From a virus (lineage: Duplodnaviria > Caudoviricetes): 64,000 nucleotides of DNA. Below the pieces are notes generated by a model. It saw nothing but the letters and a program-made list of their open reading frames with translations. It did no database searches and was not told the DNA's origin. Each line of letters starts with the position of its first letter. The stretch's first letter is position 1. Of this stretch, positions 1 to 9,637 are shown piece by piece. Position numbers and translations under genes: made by a program. Where the stretch lies: the IMG/VR virus record IMGVR_UViG_3300017700_000552, positions 354 through 64,353 of that record. One strand, given 5' to 3'.

Positions 1-9
1 CCATGGCAA

Positions 10-759
10 TCACTCGTATTCGTAACCGCCGCGGGGAGCTTCCGGATCGGGCGCCATCGAGACGTCCAACTGGCGAACGCCGGTGCCGCGCACCGCGCGC
101 GGATCGGCCGCAAAACCGCCGCCACCGACTTCCTTCTGGACCGCCAAGCCGAGCTGTTCACGCTGGTTCGTCACCTGCCGGCGAGCCATCTGGCGCTCTT
201 CCGCCTGCGCTTCCATGGTCAACTGCAGCGGACGCTCCTCGAGCCGGAGGCCGTCGCGAACGATATCGCCTTCCGTGCCCACCGGCGCGAATCGGCCCGG
301 ATAGCGGCTCATCGGCACCGGACGCCAGCCGTTTTCCCACATGGCGCGCTGGCGATCGGCCTCGACCGCGCCGAACGTCTGGAAGGCGTTCCACTGGTAC
401 GACCAACCCGCCGGCACATCGGCCGTCGAAATCTCGAAAGGATCAGTGCTCGACTTGCGGGAGCGCGTCAGCACCTCGCCGTCGCGGCCACGAACCTCGC
501 CGCCGGCGCGCGGCATCGCCCGGTTGCTCTCCCGGACGGGCTGGCGCACCTGCGCGCGCGGATCGGGCCGATTGCGGCGCACCGGCGCGACTTCCACCGC
601 ATCTTCGTCATCACCGCCCTCGTCAATGTCGATCGGCTGCCCGCGGGACGCTTCCTGCGCGGCGGCAGCGGCAATAGCCGCCTTCTCCGCATTCGACTTC
701 GGACCACGCTTGCGCGGCGCTGCTTGGGTATTCATGGATTTTTCTCCGCTCTGCATCAC
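10..759 (-). CDS. Conserved head-module hypothetical protein (follows scaffold)
   Basis: 249-aa ORF coupled to the scaffold gene (ATGA overlap at 756-759); globular core WSYQW...ENGWRPV...GLRLEERP. Confidence 0.65.
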   Translation of the reverse strand: MMQSGEKSMNTQAAPRKRGPKSNAEKAAIAAAAAQEASRGQPIDIDEGGDDEDAVEVAPVRRNRPDPRAQVRQPVRESNRAMPRAGGEVRGRDGEVLTRSRKSSTDPFEISTADVPAGWSYQWNAFQTFGAVEADRQRAMWENGWRPVPMSRYPGRFAPVGTEGDIVRDGLRLEERPLQLTMEAQAEERQMARRQVTNQREQLGLAVQKEVGGGGFAADPRAVRGTGVRQLDVSMAPDPEAPRGGYEYE

Positions 760-1691
760 ATGCTGCCGTTGTTGTCGTATAGGCCGGCCTTCGTCTGCGC
801 CTGCACCCGCCGGGCCATCTCGTTCAGGCCGATCGGCTCGCCCCGCTTGAACTTGCCCTTCGGGTCGTCGTAATTCCAGACCAGCGTGCCATCGCGCGCG
901 GCCTCAGCCTGCTTCTTGGTCAACCGGACCTCGTTGCCGCCACCGTTCGTGCCACCACCCATCGATCCGCTCGCGTTGACCGGAGCCACCGGCGCCGACT
1001 TCGACCGCGGCGCTGGCGCAGCAGCAGCGTCCTTCCGCAGGCCCAACCGGGTTTCGATATGGGCCAGATATTCGTCCGACCCAGGCTCCAAGTTCTCTCC
1101 GATCGCGTGGTTATGCGCGCGGCCAATTTCCGGCATCCGCGTGGTCACGACGTCGCGGTTCGCGCGCAGCCATGCGGCCGACTTCGGGTCCGTCTGCCGG
1201 GCCATGTTCTCGACCATATCGCCGGCATCGGCCACCCGCTGCGGCGGCGGCGCGGCGCGGCGTGCTTCCATGTCCGACTTGGCCTGCGTGTAGGTCCGCT
1301 CGTCCACGGTGGCCTGCGCCAGCCGTTCCTGCGCATCCGCCAGTGCGTCGCCGTCGCCGGCGTCCATCGCCGCCTTGATCGCCTGCCGAGCGGCCAGCTT
1401 GTCGCGCTTGACGCTCTCCAGCCCGCCGTCGATCGTGGCCTGCTGGCTGGCGTCTACTTCGCCCCGAAACCGAAGTGCCTCCGTTCGCGCGGTCGCGGCT
1501 TCAGCCTCAGCGGCTTGCCGGCGGGATTCGGCCGCCGTCCGGGCTTCTCGTTCTGCTGCCGTAGCGGCGTTGGCCTGCTCGATCTGCGCGCGCAGAGCCG
1601 CAACAGGATCATCAGCATCAGCGGCGACAGTCGTTCCAACATCGGCGGGATCCTCATCCTCGACCACGATATTCAGTGCTTCATCTGCCAT
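756..1691 (-). CDS. Putative capsid scaffolding protein
   Basis: Start MADEALNIVVEDED at 1691; acidic N-terminus, long Ala/Glu/Arg coiled coil, low-complexity linker; position downstream of portal. Confidence 0.6.
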   Translation of the reverse strand: MADEALNIVVEDEDPADVGTTVAADADDPVAALRAQIEQANAATAAEREARTAAESRRQAAEAEAATARTEALRFRGEVDASQQATIDGGLESVKRDKLAARQAIKAAMDAGDGDALADAQERLAQATVDERTYTQAKSDMEARRAAPPPQRVADAGDMVENMARQTDPKSAAWLRANRDVVTTRMPEIGRAHNHAIGENLEPGSDEYLAHIETRLGLRKDAAAAPAPRSKSAPVAPVNASGSMGGGTNGGGNEVRLTKKQAEAARDGTLVWNYDDPKGKFKRGEPIGLNEMARRVQAQTKAGLYDNNGSM

Positions 1692-1702
1692 GGGGCCAAT
1701 CC

Positions 1703-2119
1703 TCAATAATAGAGTTCGGGATCGAGAACGCGCATTTTGATGCTGGCGTCCTCGAAGAGAATGCAGGGCGCCTGGTTGATGAAGAGCGACAGGCCGTCCG
1801 ACTTGCGGAACATTACCCAATCGCCAACCGCAACCGACTTGCCGCCGAATTTGATATGCGCGGTGTCCTGAAACGCCAAAGGGCCGACTGCGACCACCAG
1901 CCCGATCGACCCCTGATAGATATCCTCGTCCTTGGACTTGTCGGTGAGGATGATGCCGCCCTTGGTCTTCTCCGGCTGGATATATTGGGCGACCAGCACC
2001 TGACTATGGAACACCTCGTGTTCGCCGTCTGGCAGGCTCAGGGCATCCAAGATTGCCCCCTTCACATCCACCGCCGCCGCAAACTGCGCAACGCGGGCGG
2101 CGTAATTCGATTTGCTCAT
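1703..2119 (-). CDS. groES: Phage-encoded GroES-like co-chaperonin
   Basis: QVLVAQYIQPEKTKGGIIL mobile-loop motif, GLVVAVGP, GDWVMF. Confidence 0.85.
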   Translation of the reverse strand: MSKSNYAARVAQFAAAVDVKGAILDALSLPDGEHEVFHSQVLVAQYIQPEKTKGGIILTDKSKDEDIYQGSIGLVVAVGPLAFQDTAHIKFGGKSVAVGDWVMFRKSDGLSLFINQAPCILFEDASIKMRVLDPELYY

Positions 2120-2298
2120 AGTTCGTCCTTCTCCAACTCTACACACACTGCACGGATGGCTCGGTAGGCTTCAATCTCTCCGCAGAGAGAGTGATATTTG
2201 TCCTGCGGAACGCGCTGTTCCAGCCCCTGACGTGCCGCCTCGATAAGCTCGTCAATCCGCTTATCGAGGCGATCCATGATCGGATGAATGAAGCTCAC
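2116..2298 (-). CDS. Small helical hypothetical protein of the head module
   Basis: 60-aa ORF coupled to both neighbours. Confidence 0.6.
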   Translation of the reverse strand: MSFIHPIMDRLDKRIDELIEAARQGLEQRVPQDKYHSLCGEIEAYRAIRAVCVELEKDEL

Positions 2299-3020
2299 AG
2301 CCGGCCCGACCGGCGATCGCGCTTCTGGATCTTCGTCTTCTCCAAGCGCCCCTCCCCAGACCCGGCGCCGGCGTCGATGTCAACCGCCACCTGCCCCTTG
2401 CTACTGCCCGGACCTTCGAACTTGCCCGGCGTCCGCGGGATGTCGCGATCCAGCGCGTTCAGGCTGCCCATCTTGAGCTTGCCCCCACGGCCGGTGCCGA
2501 CGTTGCCCGGCGCCTGCACGACGCGACCACCCTTCTTGCGGCCAGGCATCGGCATTCCCGGCGGGAGGCCAGCAGGGCCAGCCATCGCACCCGGCGGCAC
2601 GCCTTCAGCGCCCGGCGGCGGCATCGGCATAGGGCGCGGCGGCACAGGCACGGGGACCGGGACGGGCTGGCCAGCAGCCGGCGGCGCGCTGGGGCTGATC
2701 ACGATATTCACGTTGGTTCCCTTGCCGGACTTCACCCGACCGCCGGTGGCGCGCATCGTCTTAGCCACGCCGGCCTTCTCGGCATCAGTCACAGCGCCTG
2801 CCCGGCGCGTGCCCCGTGGGGCCTTGTCGGAGCGCATCTTGGGCTTGCCGGGATCGATACCGCCGACGCCGTTGGACTTGGCCGCCAATTGCTTGCGCAC
2901 CGGCTCCGGCAACTTCGCGTTGGATGATACGGCACCGCCGGTGGCGTATTCCTTAACCATCGACTTGACGCGACCATGTTCAACGGAAGTCTGCCGATGA
3001 CCAGCATACGGATGTGCCAT
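2295..3020 (-). CDS. Basic Pro/Gly/Met-rich protein with three xxxGGxV motifs (putative head-internal protein)
   Basis: Start MAHPYAGH at 3020 directly after the portal stop; YATGGAV, RATGGRV, RKKGGRV. Confidence 0.6.
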   Translation of the reverse strand: MAHPYAGHRQTSVEHGRVKSMVKEYATGGAVSSNAKLPEPVRKQLAAKSNGVGGIDPGKPKMRSDKAPRGTRRAGAVTDAEKAGVAKTMRATGGRVKSGKGTNVNIVISPSAPPAAGQPVPVPVPVPPRPMPMPPPGAEGVPPGAMAGPAGLPPGMPMPGRKKGGRVVQAPGNVGTGRGGKLKMGSLNALDRDIPRTPGKFEGPGSSKGQVAVDIDAGAGSGEGRLEKTKIQKRDRRSGRL

Positions 3021-3021
3021 T

Positions 3022-5274
3022 TTAGCCCCCTTTCGGCTTTTCAGGCCGAGTTGCATTGTGGATGTCCAAAGCTTCGGTGTGACCCGCTTTCCGCTCCTCA
3101 AGGTTCATCTTACGCACATCAAGTCCGACTTTCATGGCCTTTTCAACGTGACTGGCCTGCTGATCGACCTCGTCCCGGCGCGCCGCGGCCATAGCCCGGA
3201 TACCGTCGTTCTGGTGGATGATCTTGGCCGTATCTTCCTGATTCTGGGAAATAGCCAGCCGGCCCATGATTTCCTTCTCTTTCAGCACCTGATCGGCCAC
3301 CGCCGTCTGCGCGCCCGTCTGCGCCTTGATCAAATTGGCATTGGCCGTCTTTGTCTTGGCTTCTGCCTCCATCAGCTTGGCCGGATCAGCCTGCGGTGCC
3401 GAGGCAGCAGGCGGCTTGATCAGACCGTTCGGATTCTGACGCAGGCCATCGCGGATCACGCGCAGCAGCACCTCTTCGGTATCCATCAGCGGCCCAAACT
3501 GCGGCGACGAGGCGAGCTGCACCAGGCCCATCGCGTTGGCGATCCGGTGCATTTGAGACGGGATGTTCGGGTCCGACGCCGGCACCAGATATTCGTTGTC
3601 CAGCGCCATTCGCAGCATGTCTGCGTCCCATTTGGTCGCGCAGCGCTTGTTGAACTTCCAGAAATCGTCCGGGTATTCGCGGAACACCTCTGCCAGCAAC
3701 TGCAGCTCGTCCGCCTGCGCGTTGTGCATACCCTTGTGCGCCGCAGCCTCAACTTTGGTGGCCTGCTCCAGCAGGGCCAGCGTGGTCCCCACCGGCGCGT
3801 CCTGCTTACCCTCGCCAACCGGAAGCTCGGCCATATTGCCCAGCCGCTGCGCCTGCTCGGTCAGCTTGTCGATCATGGTCATCAGTCCGGGCGTCGCGTC
3901 GGAATACGGCAACTTCATCACCGCATCGCCGATCTTCATGCCAGCGGGCAATTCGATGCCGACTCCTTGCCCGGGGCCGACCCGGAATTCGTTGGTCAAC
4001 TGCCGCCCGGCAATCTTCGCGTAAAGAAACCCCGGGAACGACGCGAACATGCCAGCGTCAAGCGCCTCGCGCAGCGCGCTCGTCATGGCCAGCGACGTGT
4101 TGCCGAGAATGCCCAGCAGCCCGGTCCCGTAGAACCCAGGCCCCGGCACGTAGGGATATTTCACGTAGAGCTGCTTGCGCTCGCATTCCTCGTCGTCTTC
4201 CGACCAGTCGCGGCGGATCGCCAGCACCTGCCGGGAGTCCTTGTCGATCGTCACCACGTAGGGAAGCGGGATGCCGGAATCCTTGAACTGCGGCGGCGTG
4301 AATTCCGGCAAGTCCAGCTCGCACTGCGTCTCATACAGGTTGTACGGCTCATCCTCCGGACGGTGATCGACCGGCTGCACGCCCTGCACGATGGCAATCT
4401 CGTTGGTCACGGCGTTCTCAACGCGCCCCGGCGGCGTCAGGTCCACCTCGATATAAGCGCCCAGCCGCATCATGCGTTTCATGACGGACGGGCGCATTGC
4501 GATCTGATGGGTAATCCGCGCGCAGGACCGCAGATCCTTGGTCGCGTCCGAAACGATGAAATCCTTAATCGGCACCGATTCCGACACCGGCCGGCGCCGC
4601 ATCGGGCAGCGGTAAACCTTCTTGATGCCGCAGCCTTTGAACGCCACGTCCCACAACAGCATGTTCGACGTGTCAGGATAATATTCGGAGGCCGTCGTGG
4701 TCAGATAATGGTTCATGTCCCGCTCAAGCGCGGTGGCAAGTTGGTCCCGCGACATCCCCGGCATAGCCGTGGCCAGTGGATCATTCTGCCCAGGCGGCCC
4801 ACTGATCGGACCGTCATCCTTGACCTTGCACGGCCCGGCAGCCGGCAGCATTTCGCCTACAGCATTCGCCCACGCGCGCAGGCACGCCTCGAGCAGCAGC
4901 GGCGACTTGACGGTGGACATGCCCTCCACCGGCGCCGAGGATGATCCGACGTCGCCGGCGGCCTGATCCAGCGTCAGGCCCAGCAGTTTCATCCCGGACG
5001 CGACGTTGTTCAGCCATTCCTGCCGGGATCGATCATCCGCCTCGACCGCTTCGACCACCTCAATGGCGATCCGGCCCAGATCGTATTCGTTAATTTCGGA
5101 CGCCAGATTGGCGTAGAACTCGCCAGGTTCAGCCGCCGTCCCGGCCTGCGGATTGAGCTGCACCACCACCCCACCGTCCGGCAATTCGGTGGAGATCGCC
5201 CCGGTATGCGGATCGACCGTGGTGGCCTCGCCGTCATCCTCGATCACGATCTGATATTCTGGCTCGCCCATCAT
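3022..5274 (-). CDS. Portal protein
   Basis: 750-aa ORF between terL and scaffold/GroES; SPLLLEAC, GCGIKKVY, GFYGTGL motifs; coiled-coil C-terminus. Confidence 0.85.
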   Translation of the reverse strand: MMGEPEYQIVIEDDGEATTVDPHTGAISTELPDGGVVVQLNPQAGTAAEPGEFYANLASEINEYDLGRIAIEVVEAVEADDRSRQEWLNNVASGMKLLGLTLDQAAGDVGSSSAPVEGMSTVKSPLLLEACLRAWANAVGEMLPAAGPCKVKDDGPISGPPGQNDPLATAMPGMSRDQLATALERDMNHYLTTTASEYYPDTSNMLLWDVAFKGCGIKKVYRCPMRRRPVSESVPIKDFIVSDATKDLRSCARITHQIAMRPSVMKRMMRLGAYIEVDLTPPGRVENAVTNEIAIVQGVQPVDHRPEDEPYNLYETQCELDLPEFTPPQFKDSGIPLPYVVTIDKDSRQVLAIRRDWSEDDEECERKQLYVKYPYVPGPGFYGTGLLGILGNTSLAMTSALREALDAGMFASFPGFLYAKIAGRQLTNEFRVGPGQGVGIELPAGMKIGDAVMKLPYSDATPGLMTMIDKLTEQAQRLGNMAELPVGEGKQDAPVGTTLALLEQATKVEAAAHKGMHNAQADELQLLAEVFREYPDDFWKFNKRCATKWDADMLRMALDNEYLVPASDPNIPSQMHRIANAMGLVQLASSPQFGPLMDTEEVLLRVIRDGLRQNPNGLIKPPAASAPQADPAKLMEAEAKTKTANANLIKAQTGAQTAVADQVLKEKEIMGRLAISQNQEDTAKIIHQNDGIRAMAAARRDEVDQQASHVEKAMKVGLDVRKMNLEERKAGHTEALDIHNATRPEKPKGG

Positions 5275-5342
5275 GTCCCCCGGCGCAAACGGCTATGTCG
5301 CCGGCATCAATAGCATGAAACCTGCCGGTTTACCCAATTGCG

Positions 5343-5606
5343 TTAATGGAACGTTTTCTCGTCGGGTTCGGCAACCTTGATCACCGCCCCGCCCTGCAAC
5401 GCCTCCATAACCGTTTCGCTCGTCAAAAGGCTCGGCTCGCCGGCGATATCCAAAACCGACCACAGATTGTTGAAGTTGCATGGCTCGCAACGGTATTCCC
5501 GCTGTGTCTGGCCGGGCTTCATCGTCTCCAATATCCGCTTGATCGGAGCAGGAAGTTCCGGCAACGGCGCCTTGCACAGGAAGCATTCGGTGGCAAACTT
5601 CATCAC
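5343..5606 (-). CDS. Hypothetical Zn-ribbon protein
   Basis: CFLC...CEPC cysteine pairs. Confidence 0.55.
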   Translation of the reverse strand: MMKFATECFLCKAPLPELPAPIKRILETMKPGQTQREYRCEPCNFNNLWSVLDIAGEPSLLTSETVMEALQGGAVIKVAEPDEKTFH

Positions 5607-5794
5607 GTCCCCACGTCCAACTTGGCGATCGCAGACTCGTATGCGGCTATCGCGGCGCGGGCTAGACGATCAAAGTCCATCACCTCCATCCCCTCCTTAA
5701 CGACCTGCTTTATCGTCTCCATTGCCAGTGCATCAGCGACAGCCTCGACCGCCGCATCATTCGCCGCCAGCGCGTCTCCGCTCGGATGGGACAT
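5603..5794 (-). CDS. Hypothetical protein
   Basis: Short Ala-rich helical ORF in a coupled chain. Confidence 0.5.
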   Translation of the reverse strand: MSHPSGDALAANDAAVEAVADALAMETIKQVVKEGMEVMDFDRLARAAIAAYESAIAKLDVGT

Positions 5795-5796
5795 GC

Positions 5797-6243
5797 TCAC
5801 CGCTCCGTTTCCCGGCACTCGACAATCTTGAACCCGGCCACGGCCAGAATTGAGATGATCTGATCGACCGCCTCGCGAGAGAACGTCGCGCCTCCAGTAT
5901 TTGAATGCGCATTCATTTTGAAATACCGTCCCTTCAGAAAATCCCATACGCGCTCATCGACGCTCATCGGTTTAGCCTCCATCCGGACAAACCGATCATC
6001 TGCCGCCCGATAGGCGATGCCAAATTCCGACAAAGACCGATGGCGGTTATCAAACGCAGCCAGATCATTCATCAGTTTACGGTCAACCTCGACAAACCGT
6101 GTTTCGGCGGCATCAACCTTCGGCTCGTCCAGCTTGAGCAGGCCGAGCGCCGCCATCCGGTCAACGAACTGGCCATCCTCCAACTCGTTGGTGTCGAATT
6201 TGCTCGCATCCCTCACCGCCGCAATCGCCTCATCCCGTGTCAT
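5797..6243 (-). CDS. Hypothetical protein
   Basis: 148-aa ORF overlapping the upstream stop by 1 nt. Confidence 0.6.
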   Translation of the reverse strand: MTRDEAIAAVRDASKFDTNELEDGQFVDRMAALGLLKLDEPKVDAAETRFVEVDRKLMNDLAAFDNRHRSLSEFGIAYRAADDRFVRMEAKPMSVDERVWDFLKGRYFKMNAHSNTGGATFSREAVDQIISILAVAGFKIVECRETER

Positions 6244-6518
6244 CAGTAATCCCCTCTCACAATCCGGTAGCGCGCCGGATGGCGGCCACGTCGCATAGTC
6301 TCAATTCCAACACCGGATCCGCTAAGCCGATCGCGCATTCTGTTGACCTGCACTTTCATGTGCCGCGGATCGACGTCCGTCTCGGCCGCCAGCGCAGCAA
6401 TGTCGATTCCGTCGTCGCCAGTGCGGTTTATCGTCAGCAGCAACCGCATCTGCGTCGGCGTCAGCGGCGGCACGTCCAACGCCACCGCGGCACCGCAGCA
6501 TGGGCAAAAGCCGGTCAC
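6243..6518 (-). CDS. Winged-helix DNA-binding protein with N-terminal CPCC
   Basis: LTPTQMRLL...MKVQVNRMRDRL...IET.R...YRI resembles an OmpR-type wHTH effector domain. Confidence 0.6.
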   Translation of the reverse strand: MTGFCPCCGAAVALDVPPLTPTQMRLLLTINRTGDDGIDIAALAAETDVDPRHMKVQVNRMRDRLSGSGVGIETMRRGRHPARYRIVRGDY

Positions 6519-6772
6519 TTCGGCCTTTCAGCCAAGGCGGCGTCGATCATGGCTTCCCAATCATCCTCATACCGGCCGACGTCATTGATCGTTACGGCCC
6601 GCATCGCCTCGCTCGGCTCGCGCAGGGCTTCGATGGCGGCACGGGCTTCTGTCTCAAGCCGAGAACGGTGAAGCGGCGTCAGCAGCACCCATGGCTTGTT
6701 GCGCGGTTGAGCCTCGTAGATCGCCCGCGCCACCTTCTCGATAGGCGTCATGACTTCAATCCTTCCGCCCAC
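6515..6772 (-). CDS. Hypothetical protein
   Basis: IEKVARAIYEA...ARAAIEALREPSEAM...WEAMIDAAL, a common small phage accessory protein pattern. Confidence 0.6.
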   Translation of the reverse strand: MGGRIEVMTPIEKVARAIYEAQPRNKPWVLLTPLHRSRLETEARAAIEALREPSEAMRAVTINDVGRYEDDWEAMIDAALAERPK

Positions 6773-8277
6773 TCCGGAACGTGGTTGATCCGGATGTCCA
6801 CCAGTTCAGCCGCAAACGGACTCCCGCTGCCATACGGCAGCACAACGGCAACCGTCCTGTGTCGGGTGCTATCGAAAACAAACTGCAGCAGCCGGCCAGG
6901 CTTCCACGAATTCTCGCCGCTAAACCCGGTGCGGTGGTGATATTCGCAATCCATCGGCGTCATGGCCTAGCCCTCTTGCGCGCAGATTCATCAGCAACCG
7001 CAATCGCCCGATCCAGCAGATACCGCAGATCACGCAATTCTTCGACTGCCAAGGTAAACCTCACGGTCGGGCAACTGTCATTCCAACCATCAACACATGT
7101 GATGCTGCATCCGTAGCCGTATCCGTGCATTACAGCGCCGTTGTCGGTCAGAGCAACGCCAAGCCGACCAATCGTTTTGACGTAGTCGCTCATGGATTCG
7201 CCTCCGTCGCGACCCTGCATCCCTGCGCAGGCAGTGGCTTGCCAAACGATGCCGTCACGATCACCGGCCAGATGATGACCTTGATCAAAAGATCAGCGGC
7301 CGGATAATCGTCCTTAGGGCACTCCCGAACGTTGGCGCCAAACGCCACTCCAATGACGACACAGCCGACCAGCCAATACCAACCGATTGAATTGCTCATC
7401 GCTCTACCGTCTTTCCGCAGGTGACACAGACGTCACGGACATACGTGCGCTTGGTCAGCAACTCGATCATCCGACTGCCCCGCATGCCCGTAATCTCCTC
7501 AAATCCAGCCCCGTTGTGCGGCTCGCTGTCGTAACGAGGCTCAAATCGACACGGCCTAACCCATTTATTTTTGCGCGCGCACTCGCTCATCACAGCGACT
7601 CCCACAAGCGACCGTCACCGCGGAGATGCGTCACCACCCAGCGCCGATAGTCCGCCGCGGCGCGCTCGTCCTCGCTCCAGGCGATCAGCCGATTGGCGGC
7701 CATGCCGTGGCGGAGACGGTAGAGAATGCGGGTCATTTGCTGCCCCTCTTTGCTGCCTGCCGGCGATACCAGCTTCGCCGAGACATCCCGGAAGTCTCCC
7801 ACGGGCGCGGCCCTTCGACCTTGGGCCGGCCAGGCTTTCGTTTGGCTTCGGCCAGTGCAGGTTCCGGTTCCGGTTCGCGCTTATGGCGCCGGGACGCAGG
7901 GCTAGACTTGCCCTTCGCTGCACTGGCCGAATTGGTGTCTGACGGGCCGGTCGCTACCCCAGCATTGGGCCTATCGGCGGCTAAGGTGCCGAGCGCTCGC
8001 CCACTGTCCGCATTAAAGACGGCGGGTCTGCTTCCCCCGCTGCCGTCAGATTTCTTGGCTCGCGCCTCTCGCAGCGCGCGCAATTGGTCGGATTTGCTCA
8101 CTTGCGCTCACCGTTCGGGACAGGAAAGCAAACGTACTCAGGCACGCTCCACCTATCCTTTTGGCGCGCAACACCAAAATCCGTGCATTCATTTTTTGTT
8201 GGAAATGAACCGCCATAAGTTACGCGGTCGGGCGACGTTGGGCCGGTGAAATGTATCAACAGCAGCACCCAAGTCAT
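6748..8277 (-). other. Chain of about 7 small coupled accessory ORFs (6748-6963, 6960-7193, 7190-7399, 7396-7590, 7590-7736, 7733-8101, 8098-8277)
   Basis: Consecutive stop/start overlaps; 7733-8101 ends in a KRKPGRPK AT-hook-like motif plus GMSRRSWYRR. Confidence 0.55.
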
Positions 8278-8370
8278 TCGGAGCAATCCATCGGTTGTTT
8301 CTCGATGGATTTGTTGTGCCACAGGACCGGCCTTGGCACAACAACTATTTTGACAAATGGCACATTTATT

Positions 8371-8655
8371 TTAGCGCGAGCGGATGATGCTCGATTTGGT
8401 CTTCGGTTCCGGCGATTGGAACACCTCGACCACCTTGGCCTGCATGCAGCCGGCGGCGAGATACAGATCCGCCACCTGCGGCCCGGCCATGGCGATGTTG
8501 AAGCCACCACTGTTGGCCGAGAGGATCGCCACCGACGTAATCAGTCCCGACTGCGCTGCGACCAGCGCCTCATGCAAGGTATCGATCACCTGCTGCTGCT
8601 CCGGCGGCACCGCGGGTTTCCCCGCGGCAGCCCCATTCCCGATCAGCGCGCTCAC
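8371..8655 (-). CDS. Hypothetical protein
   Basis: 94-aa ORF coupled to the upstream gene. Confidence 0.6.
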   Translation of the reverse strand: MSALIGNGAAAGKPAVPPEQQQVIDTLHEALVAAQSGLITSVAILSANSGGFNIAMAGPQVADLYLAAGCMQAKVVEVFQSPEPKTKSSIIRSR

Positions 8656-9422
8656 TTGTGCTTGCCCTTCGGCTTGTCGCCGACCTTGCCAACCGGCTTG
8701 GTCTGCGGCGGCACTTCCTTGTTCGGGGCCGGCTCCGGATTGCCATTGTCCGGGTCGCCGCCGCCGATCGCGTTGAACCCGGCAGCCGAACTGATCGCGT
8801 CAGCGCCGGACTTCTCGGGGCCGCCAACCGGAGGTGTCACGTTCTGTGCCGGCGGGCTGGTGCGCCCGTCAGGAGCAGCCGTAGCCGCATTACCGGCCTC
8901 GCCGCCGACCGCAGGGCTGATCACGTTGTTGTTCTCGTCGCGGATCACGCCGTCGCCGCCGTCGCGCTGGCCAGGCTGGCTGCCCAGATAGCCTGATTGA
9001 CCGGGACGCAGTTCGGCAGGCTTGCCGTCCGTGCCGTCTGCGGCGGGATGACTGCCACCCTGCATGCGGCGAACGTCGTTGTCGCCAGTACCGAGAACAC
9101 GGTCCAACGCATCGGCCTGCTGCTTCCGCTGGCGCTCGGCACTGGCAACAGTATCATCACCACCGGCAATGGAGTCGTCGCCGCCAGCCACGGTGTCGGA
9201 ACCCGGAACGGTATCATCGCCATCGAAACCGTCATCATCGCCGTAGTCATCATCGGTTCCGTCGTCGGACTTGGCGTTCATCGCCTTGATATATTCGGCC
9301 TCAGCCTTGTCCCGCTTGGCCTCGCGCTCCTTCTCGCGCTGCGCATCTTCCTTGTCGCGCTTGGCTTGATCCTCGCGGATGCGGCGCTCGTTCTCTTCCC
9401 GCTTCTGGGCAACTTCGTCCAT
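8652..9422 (-). CDS. Acidic low-complexity protein with 7-aa GDDTVxG-like repeats
   Basis: Charged coiled-coil N-terminus, Asp-rich tract, GDDTVPG/SDTVAGG/DDSIAGG/DDTVASA; GGGAGAG SD upstream. Confidence 0.6.
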   Translation of the reverse strand: MDEVAQKREENERRIREDQAKRDKEDAQREKEREAKRDKAEAEYIKAMNAKSDDGTDDDYGDDDGFDGDDTVPGSDTVAGGDDSIAGGDDTVASAERQRKQQADALDRVLGTGDNDVRRMQGGSHPAADGTDGKPAELRPGQSGYLGSQPGQRDGGDGVIRDENNNVISPAVGGEAGNAATAAPDGRTSPPAQNVTPPVGGPEKSGADAISSAAGFNAIGGGDPDNGNPEPAPNKEVPPQTKPVGKVGDKPKGKHK

Positions 9423-9637
9423 GGTCTCTCTCCCGGTTGAGATTTGCAGTTCGGTTTAACGTGGATGGTTCCATTAGGTTGCGAATGAGGGCAGGGGACG
9501 ATTGCCTTGAACGGTCGATGACCCTCCCCGCTACCAAGGCCGCAGACAATCTTTCGTGCAGCGACCCCCCTGCTGACCACCGGGATATCCCCTGGTGCGG
9601 ACCAGCACACGCTACCCCGTCAAACGGATTATTACAA

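Noticed and set aside
3058-4944. 628-aa plus-strand ORF (likewise 54937-56253 and 61932-63368)
   Set aside because: Antisense shadows of the portal, Gly-rich and capsid genes; unlike the intein HNH they have no domain motifs or SD.
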